From IMG/VR virus record IMGVR_UViG_3300034104_005002, positions 64,001 through 128,000 of that record: DNA of 64,000 nucleotides; one strand, given 5' to 3'. This document shows, one piece after another, positions 57,884-64,000 of this stretch. The notes beneath the pieces are model-generated. The model ran no database searches. It was not told where the DNA came from and saw only the letters and a list, made by a program, of their open reading frames with translations. Within the stretch, counting starts at the first letter, position 1. Each line of letters begins with the position of its first letter. The stretch is from a virus. Made by a program: the position numbers and the translations under genes.

Positions 57884-58924
57884 TCAGGCTGTCACAAAGG
57901 ATTCATCTAGCTGGCCAATTAGGTATCCTTCAGAAGAAATATACCATTTGCGGCCCACCGCATCTTCTTGAGTAGTGTAACCAAAATAGACCGAATCTTC
58001 TTTTTGAATTGTAGAAGTTTTTGCTGGAATGATCATTACATGCGGAGCTTCTGGAATTGGAGTAAATCCGGCCATCAACATCGTAAAGAATGCCTGAACG
58101 TCCTGATCTGCATCAATCATAATCAGACAATCATAACCAGAACACAAGAATTTATGATCCGATTTATGGTAATTACCACATTCTATAGAATCTTTTAGGG
58201 CATTGATATTTTCTGTAAATCTAGCGAGCCTAAGAAGATCATTATTGAAATTTGACTGAAAGTAGGAACTAACAATTCCCCGAAGATTCGCCGGAGAACT
58301 CACTTGCCCCCAACAGATTTTTCCATATATGTATCCAGTTTCATCTCTCTGGTCTGAACTGTAAACATTTGCCGCAGCAAATGAAGATGTCTGATAAATT
58401 ACACCCTCTTCATAATAACCGGCCCGGAGGTGGGCATTATCTCCTTGGTAAACTTTTTTAAAACGAGGTGGGGTTCCTTTATAATTCAGTTTAATATCAA
58501 AGACCATATTGGAAATGGAGATTTTCTTTTCCTCTTTGGGTTTAGATTCATGGCCTTCCATACAGTGTTGGCCTGTATAACCATCCCACCATACGTCACA
58601 TTCTGTTTGATTTTCCCTGGCATTCCTAAAGAATTCTGTTGACTCGTTTTCATCATAGCTGCCGTCTTCTGCAAACACATTTGGATATGTGGTTTTCAGG
58701 TATTGAGTGGTTCGTCGCGGGCAATACTGGCAGTGATTGCTATAAAAATCTTCATATTCGTTATAATTTGGATCAACTTCGCCAAATTCAGAATAATTTT
58801 CAGGCATCCAGGCCCTAATTGTAAGGGCCTGGGAATCTACCCGATAGGAAATAAATTCCGCTTCAGAGGGAAGCAAGTGAGTGTTTACTTTGGCCGGATT
58901 TGTGGGAAAAATAGGATTCATCAT
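57884..58924 (-). CDS. Prokaryotic E2-like conjugating enzyme (Prok-E2 D/PRTRC-B-like)
   Basis: ANVY...GKICWG (candidate catalytic Cys) followed by YFQSNFNNDL; lies between JAB and E1. Confidence 0.7.
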   Translation of the reverse strand: MMNPIFPTNPAKVNTHLLPSEAEFISYRVDSQALTIRAWMPENYSEFGEVDPNYNEYEDFYSNHCQYCPRRTTQYLKTTYPNVFAEDGSYDENESTEFFRNARENQTECDVWWDGYTGQHCMEGHESKPKEEKKISISNMVFDIKLNYKGTPPRFKKVYQGDNAHLRAGYYEEGVIYQTSSFAAANVYSSDQRDETGYIYGKICWGQVSSPANLRGIVSSYFQSNFNNDLLRLARFTENINALKDSIECGNYHKSDHKFLCSGYDCLIMIDADQDVQAFFTMLMAGFTPIPEAPHVMIIPAKTSTIQKEDSVYFGYTTQEDAVGRKWYISSEGYLIGQLDESFVTA

Positions 58925-59871
58925 ACCTCCGCAAATTGGTGATCTTCGATGTAAACAGAAAGCAAGGCCATAAGTTCTTCAATCTCTTCTGGGTTTCCTT
59001 TGTTTTGTTTTAGGAAATCCTCGATTACGTCTTCAATTTGATGGAGTTTAATAGACTCTTTTTCAGGTGTTTGATAGCCCTGAAATTCATCCCAAAGCTC
59101 ACTAAAATCTCCATTGATATTGTCCTTAAAACCAAATGGAGACTTGTAATTGTAACCATTCCAATTGGTTCTTTGATTGGAGGAGTATTTGGTGACTACT
59201 GGTTTAGAATAATCAACATAATCAAGAACGTCTTCATGGAAAGTAAACCCTTCAAGTGGTTCGGTTTCAATAAGATCTTTATGGGGGATCTTAAAGCGCC
59301 GACCATTTGCCACAACAGAAGAAGCAATAGCGTAAGTCCGATCTTTGGCACTAATGGATCCAACTACAATATGAATTCCAGGATCTCCCAGTTCATACTT
59401 ATCATCGGTGCCCGAAAAGAAGGCTTGCATAGTGTTGTGGCTGTGGGAAGATCCAACAGGAATCCAGCCAATCGGAGGATAACTTGTAATGACTTCTCCA
59501 GTCTCAATGTCAATAGCATCATCAAATCTATCAACCCTCACAGATGTGGCAGATACTTTCTGTTTGGGAACAAGAATCCGATAAAGAGAGGGATCTTCTT
59601 CGCTGCGAAGAATACGAACCGAAACTTCTACATTAGAAGGAACTTTTTCAATAAAGTGAAAACAAAGCTGCACCCACCGTTGCCACAAATCCGCCGGGAT
59701 TTTGTGAATGTCTTCATTAAGAGTGAATGATTCTAGATCTTCTTTGGAAATAATTACGTTGGCATCTGGATCATCGGTGGGGCGAATGTACGTTCCCCAA
59801 CCACCAGTATAAAGTTCAAAACATCCATGCTTGGCGGTTCGTAGAATCTTTGGGATTTCTTGTGTTTCCAT
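58921..59871 (-). CDS. JAB/MPN+ (JAMM) metallopeptidase
   Basis: EVSV.., VPKQKVS, GSSHSHNTMQAFFSGTDDKYE (HxH-x7-S-x2-D). Confidence 0.88.
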   Translation of the reverse strand: METQEIPKILRTAKHGCFELYTGGWGTYIRPTDDPDANVIISKEDLESFTLNEDIHKIPADLWQRWVQLCFHFIEKVPSNVEVSVRILRSEEDPSLYRILVPKQKVSATSVRVDRFDDAIDIETGEVITSYPPIGWIPVGSSHSHNTMQAFFSGTDDKYELGDPGIHIVVGSISAKDRTYAIASSVVANGRRFKIPHKDLIETEPLEGFTFHEDVLDYVDYSKPVVTKYSSNQRTNWNGYNYKSPFGFKDNINGDFSELWDEFQGYQTPEKESIKLHQIEDVIEDFLKQNKGNPEEIEELMALLSVYIEDHQFAEV

Positions 59872-59891
59872 AATAAAGAGAAGAAGTTTAC

Positions 59892-59918
59892 AAAAAAGGC
59901 CCTTGTTTCAGGGCCTTT
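59892..59918 (-). terminator. Intrinsic terminator upstream of the JAB gene
   Basis: AAAGGCCCT-gaaaca-AGGGCCTTTTTT on the minus strand. Confidence 0.75.
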
Positions 59919-59919
59919 G

Positions 59920-60235
59920 TGGTTTTTGGACTGTATCAGCCGATAGATTTTTGCTAACTTGCGTTAACAATGCACAAGTAATTACTTACTTGAGGGGCTA
60001 TCTCCCAAAGCCTCAAGAATTCTTGAGACGCTGTTGTTTTTGTGTTTTAAGTACCAACTAGCTTCCAGAGGGCTCAACTAGCCTGGATTTTGTTTATAGG
60101 ATTTTTATAGTTAACTTGGCTCTCGTCAACTGTTGAATTTTACTTCAACAAATCTATTTAATAAAGTAAAAACCTATTGATTATAGGATTTTATTTGTTA
60201 GCTAATGTTTATTTTTGTTAATAAAACACTAACTG
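59920..60235 (-). ncRNA. Structured intergenic RNA candidate in the Ubl operon
   Basis: No convincing ORF; at least 6 consecutive hairpins and a long-range ATAGATTT/AAATCTAT pairing. Confidence 0.4.
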
Positions 60236-60236
60236 T

Positions 60237-60503
60237 TTATGAACCCTTGCTTTCGCTTGTGATAGCACCACGCACGGTTTCACCGGGCCGAGGCTGAGTG
60301 TCCGAAGGGACAGATTCGCCATTGATCACATAGGTAGTGATTCGGGCCACATCTACACCAAGACTAGAGCCATATTCAGCAAAGAGTTGTGAAACAGACT
60401 TGCCGCGAGCATTTTCAAAAGGAACTTGCACGCTTTCGGTGTTCACGGTAAGGACAACCGGAAGGCTGGTGTCCATGGTACGAACGTTTTGGAGAAATTG
60501 CAT
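60237..60503 (-). CDS. Ubiquitin-like beta-grasp protein
   Basis: VVLTV..VQVP..GKSVSQLF..TYVING..V......PGETV; C-terminal SKG-S; heads the JAB-E2-E1 cluster. Confidence 0.78.
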   Translation of the reverse strand: MQFLQNVRTMDTSLPVVLTVNTESVQVPFENARGKSVSQLFAEYGSSLGVDVARITTYVINGESVPSDTQPRPGETVRGAITSESKGS

Positions 60504-60626
60504 AATAAAGTAAAAGAGGTAAACGACAGTTGGTTTGTTGTGGTGTGAGGTGTCCCCCTCACCGACCTTTATAAGATAACAGGGGCTGGAGGGCTTTTTG
60601 GCGCCCTTGGGCCAGTTTGAGGAGTG

Positions 60627-60863
60627 TCACATCGTCTTCCAATAATCAGGATTCTCTTCCACATAATTATTGAAAACTTCCAAACATTCTGCAACAGAGA
60701 ATTCATGAATAGCAGATGTTTCGGAAAAAGAATTCCAATAAGGAGATTTTAGGTAAATCCAAATGCCATCATTGTTCCAACCACTTCTTTCATCTGAAAT
60801 AAAATCCACCCTCGGATCATTCTTTATATTTTTTAAAGTTCTGGCTATTTTAAACTTAGTCAT
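60627..60863 (-). CDS. Hypothetical protein
   Basis: Start MTKFKI; DER..DGIWIYLK...AIHE. Confidence 0.7.
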   Translation of the reverse strand: MTKFKIARTLKNIKNDPRVDFISDERSGWNNDGIWIYLKSPYWNSFSETSAIHEFSVAECLEVFNNYVEENPDYWKTM

Positions 60864-61077
60864 AATTACCCCAGTTTTCTCTGACAAAAATAAGAAATTC
60901 TTCGATTTTTTTATCATTATAAAATGGATCTAGTTTTCTGTTTTCCACAATAAAACAAACCAGATTTGGCTGTTTTTTAGAAAGAACATAAAGATAAATC
61001 TGCCCCCATCTCAATTGAGGATACCACGCATCGTACTCGTTTACTACATCCCTTAAATAGTGGTTAAATTCAGTCAT
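60856..61077 (-). CDS. Hypothetical protein
   Basis: Start MTEF; LRWGQ..DPFY motif. Confidence 0.7.
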   Translation of the reverse strand: MTEFNHYLRDVVNEYDAWYPQLRWGQIYLYVLSKKQPNLVCFIVENRKLDPFYNDKKIEEFLIFVRENWGNYD

Positions 61078-61621
61078 TTTTAAGATTGATAAAGGCATTG
61101 TTGTTTATTTTGTAGCATGAACCACGTTCACTGATGATAAAAATTTCAGGATTTCCTGTATAAGGATTGACATCAATTCGGTCAATAATGCCCTTATATA
61201 TCCACTTTTTACACTTTAACCAAAGTTCTTTTCCAGAGATATTTCCTTTATAATCAGTAAAACGAACTAGGCCAAGAGTGTTTCCTTTGTTAACATTACA
61301 CTCTAAACACATTGTCTGATAGTTTTCCAATGTGTCCTTACCACCTAATGATTTGGGTTTAATATGATCAATAGTGATCTCCATATCATCTTCAGAGAGA
61401 ATGCGCCAGAAAATTCTATTGTTATCTTTTAAATCCTTACACTTTTGTAGCCTGGACGCAGATCGTCCACATGAAACGCAAGTATGTCCAAGTTTTTTAA
61501 GAAGTTTAATTCTTTTGGCTGTTCCAAAAAATCTAGAAGAATAAATCTTTTCGGACTGAATCACATCATCAAAAGAAAGTTCCTTAACTATTTGAATTTT
61601 AGGAGATTTCTTTTTTGGCAT
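61070..61621 (-). CDS. HNH endonuclease (zinc-finger type)
   Basis: CVSC..TIDHIKPKSLGG..ENYQTMCLECN..KG. Confidence 0.88.
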   Translation of the reverse strand: MPKKKSPKIQIVKELSFDDVIQSEKIYSSRFFGTAKRIKLLKKLGHTCVSCGRSASRLQKCKDLKDNNRIFWRILSEDDMEITIDHIKPKSLGGKDTLENYQTMCLECNVNKGNTLGLVRFTDYKGNISGKELWLKCKKWIYKGIIDRIDVNPYTGNPEIFIISERGSCYKINNNAFINLKND

Positions 61622-61625
61622 TGTT

Positions 61626-61832
61626 TCAGAAAAGCAATTGGTTAAGAATCTGGTGCTTCAATGGTGTTGGGGTGTATGTATCCAATATAATCAGTTGAGA
61701 ATATCTGGTTTCACTTACTTTCGCAAACATGTAGTCTTTCAGAGCCTTTCCTGACATCCAAGAATCAAAATTGTGTATGTTCATGTATTCTGAGTTCTGT
61801 GGATTTTTGAGATCAACAACAAGAAGTTTCAT
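61626..61832 (-). CDS. Hypothetical protein, KLL family
   Basis: MKLLVVD...WMSGK.L.DY; paralogous to 62558 and 63567. Confidence 0.7.
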   Translation of the reverse strand: MKLLVVDLKNPQNSEYMNIHNFDSWMSGKALKDYMFAKVSETRYSQLIILDTYTPTPLKHQILNQLLF

Positions 61833-61911
61833 GGGATTGTTTAGATGTACTTAGTCATTATAAACAAAAAGGCCACCCGAGGGCGGCCTGAGTGGTCAGT
61901 TTGAGAATTGG

Positions 61912-62347
61912 TCACTTTGTAGTGACAAAATCCTTGTCAGAGAGTGAGAGAATAGGCGCCCCATTGATAAGAATTTTTTGGATACTACCATTCTTCATTG
62001 CCTCACGAAGAACCTCAAGTCGCTGATATTCCAGAGACTGGGAAGTTACAGTAGAAGCAAGTGCCTTATTTTCTTCTGCCTTGAGTTGTGCCGTTTCAGT
62101 CTTAACTTTCTGCTCTTTATTTGCCGATTGAGCAGCAACCACGCGATTCACAGATGCGACCAAATCATCAGGAAGGTCTGCCTTTACCGCCACAACGGAA
62201 TCAATTTTAATCTTTCCAGCAAGATTATTTTTCTCAAGAGCAAGATTTAGATTGGTTTTAATTGTATCTTGAATTCGATCAAGACTACTATTCACCTCAA
62301 GAGCCGCAAATTCATCAACGTCCAACAGAAAAAATTCTTGTAATCAT
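61912..62347 (-). pseudogene. Internally deleted SPFH/band-7 gene
   Basis: MITRIFSVG joined out of frame to the SPFH C-terminal part (IDSV....DLPDDL..SVNRVV, coiled coil, IQKILING). Confidence 0.55.
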
Positions 62348-62350
62348 AAA

Positions 62351-62491
62351 TTACTTACCAACAATCATAAAAAACAAAGTCAAACCGCCAAACATAAAAG
62401 TAATAATTGGAATAGATGGAGTGTTCTTATTTGCTTGAGCCAGAAAAATAAAGAATACCAAACTAGCGTATTCAAATCCGGTGAGAGTCAT
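62351..62491 (-). CDS. Small membrane protein (46 aa)
   Basis: MTLTGFEYASLVFFIFLAQANK..FMFGGLTLFFMIVGK. Confidence 0.6.
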   Translation of the reverse strand: MTLTGFEYASLVFFIFLAQANKNTPSIPIITFMFGGLTLFFMIVGK

Positions 62492-62557
62492 AATTGTGGT
62501 TGAACTGAAAGTAGTATAGGCCATAAAGGCCGCCCTCGGGCGGCCTGAGTGGTCAGT

Positions 62558-62905
62558 TCATAAAGTGGCATACTTGTTTACAAGAAACTGAACATAATCA
62601 TCAGAAGATTCCCCCAGATCTTTACCTTCAGGAATGACCTCCACATAATCACCGAATTCGGCTAATTGTTCCCCGGCAACGTCATTATCACAAATTACTA
62701 TAATTGGCCTGATTAGCATTTTGAGCCAATTTTTATAATCTTTCGGTGTTCTTGGGTCGGTGTTTATTTGTTGGATAATTCCGGCCCGTTCGCTGTATGC
62801 AAATAGAGAATAGTCGGCCAATTTTTTACCTTCCATCCATTCTCCGACTTTGTAGGTTTCAATGTATTCTGGTTGTTTATTGAGGCCGATTGCAAGAAGT
62901 TTCAT
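62558..62905 (-). CDS. KLL-family domain fused to a TOPRIM-like C-terminal fragment
   Basis: IIVICDNDVAG...KDLGE. Confidence 0.6.
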   Translation of the reverse strand: MKLLAIGLNKQPEYIETYKVGEWMEGKKLADYSLFAYSERAGIIQQINTDPRTPKDYKNWLKMLIRPIIVICDNDVAGEQLAEFGDYVEVIPEGKDLGESSDDYVQFLVNKYATL

Positions 62906-63017
62906 TGTCTTGTTTGTTCTATTCCTACATTAGACAAAGCAACAGCAAATAAAATTGTACCACCAGCCCCAAACATTGCGCCTAAGACAAAAACAATTGT
63001 GAATAGGGTTTTAGAAT

Positions 63018-63557
63018 TCATGGATTTGATTTAAGTGATTTCAGAAGTTTTGCAATTTGTTCTTCGCTCATTTGAGAGAGCAATTGTTTGGCCTGTTCGA
63101 TTTTGTAGTCATTAGGATTATCAAAGGTGGATTTGGTGTTGATTTCATATGCACCTCTACCATAAATCTCCATAATATCTAGGTTGCCATTTCTAAGAGA
63201 ATAGCCAGTTTTGGAATAAGAACACAAATTTCCAAGATACAGACCTTCATCAAGTTCTCCAACAAAGTATTCATCCATCCGAGTTTTAATCATCACGGTC
63301 TGACCCACAAAATCATCCAAATTGATGTTGGGCGCTTTTTGGGCGATACCACTTTCCTCAAATGGAGTCAGGATTTTAATAATTTTAGGTTTTGACATTC
63401 CTACTCCAGACTCATTAAACAACCAACCAGAAATTTTATAAGGATACACTATATCTGAATAATGTGTATCCTTTTCAAGTGGTCCAGCTAATACAGATTG
63501 GTCACGAAGTTCAACGACGATGGTTTTACCAACGTATTGTGAAAGGTCGATAGTCAT
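63018..63557 (-). CDS. Hypothetical protein with two Sm-like/small barrel repeats
   Basis: IDLSQYVGKTIVVELRD..LAG.L and INLDDFVGQTVMIKTR..FVG.L. Confidence 0.7.
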   Translation of the reverse strand: MTIDLSQYVGKTIVVELRDQSVLAGPLEKDTHYSDIVYPYKISGWLFNESGVGMSKPKIIKILTPFEESGIAQKAPNINLDDFVGQTVMIKTRMDEYFVGELDEGLYLGNLCSYSKTGYSLRNGNLDIMEIYGRGAYEINTKSTFDNPNDYKIEQAKQLLSQMSEEQIAKLLKSLKSNP

Positions 63558-63566
63558 AAGATTGGA

Positions 63567-63947
63567 TTAGGAAAAGTTGTAAATTTGGTTTAGAACTTGG
63601 GATTGAATCTCGGTGTATTCAGAACTTGTCAGAACAATTTGTTGCGTTTTGTTGTCATCGCCAACGATAAACAAAAGATAGTCGGAAATTCTCCGACCCA
63701 AAAAGAAACTAGCAATCGTATTAGCATTACGATACATCGTTGAGCCAGGGTTCTGGATATCAACAACGAGTAGTTTTGTGTTTTCGGCCTTTTCTCGAAT
63801 TTGATGCTTACGCAGTTCTGAATAGAGGTCGGAAGCACGGTCGGCCATAGTTTTATTACCAGCATTGAAATACCTCCCCTGGAGAGACTCAATGCCACTA
63901 AGAATCATTTGGTACTTGTTGTCGGAAACTTCGATGGAGATGCTCAT
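63567..63947 (-). CDS. Hypothetical protein with C-terminal KLL-family domain
   Basis: KLLVVDIQNP...FFLGRRISDY. Confidence 0.7.
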   Translation of the reverse strand: MSISIEVSDNKYQMILSGIESLQGRYFNAGNKTMADRASDLYSELRKHQIREKAENTKLLVVDIQNPGSTMYRNANTIASFFLGRRISDYLLFIVGDDNKTQQIVLTSSEYTEIQSQVLNQIYNFS

Positions 63948-64000
63948 GGTAGGTTATGTTGTGAATTTGTCAAATAAGACCAAGAATTTCTTTTTCTTCT

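Larger units (their letters stand above)
37929..62572 (-). promoter_or_regulatory. Dispersed early-promoter palindrome TGTGNCASTT-N4-AACTGNCACA (about 26 copies)
   Basis: Copies starting near 37929, 38409, 38908, 40298, 40670, 41148, 41690, 41964, 43813, 45403, 46096, 47313, 48072, 49604, 49972, 50531, 51550, 52238, 53102, 55004, 55256, 56749, 57873, 60610, 61892, 62549; typically about 30 nt upstream of a TAnnnT box. Confidence 0.85.

Noticed and set aside
59038-60061. 230-aa and 76-aa plus-strand ORFs
   Set aside because: Antisense to the JAB gene and intergenic hairpins; no motifs.
57101-60503. ThiF/ThiS thiamine or molybdopterin biosynthesis interpretation
   Set aside because: E2-like and JAB partners are present and no thiG/moaE/cysteine-synthase-type genes are nearby.
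1-64000. tRNA genes, photosynthesis AMGs, recoded stop codons
   Set aside because: No cloverleaf or psbA/hli-type ORF was recognised by eye (tRNAscan not run); very long ORFs are intact under the standard code.

Overview
Segment of a T4-like myovirus genome, most likely a cyanophage, judged from the gene set, order, cyAbrB-like and pentapeptide genes. Almost all genes lie on the minus strand. 1-30.3 kb is the conserved late module: gp25, gp6, gp7 (in two ORFs), gp8, a DUF4815-type giant virion protein, gp13, gp14, gp15, gp16 and gp17. The gp17 terminase is missing from the ORF track because it runs off the window, and it carries a class-3 mini-intein in its Walker A motif. 30.4-34.8 kb holds three plus-strand proteins with T4 internal-protein-like N-terminal tags (two ART-like, one ParB-like), a tandem HNH endonuclease and a glycosyltransferase-like gene. 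35-64 kb is a hyperplastic early region of small genes driven by about 26 copies of a palindromic promoter motif. It contains seven copies of a plus-strand promoter/hairpin/terminator element (candidate sRNA family) and an AT-rich iterated origin-like tract. Most notably, it contains a complete phage-encoded ubiquitin-like conjugation cassette (Ubl, JAB peptidase, E2, E1/ThiF) with a structured non-coding insert. All calls come from reading motifs by eye; no database searches were run.
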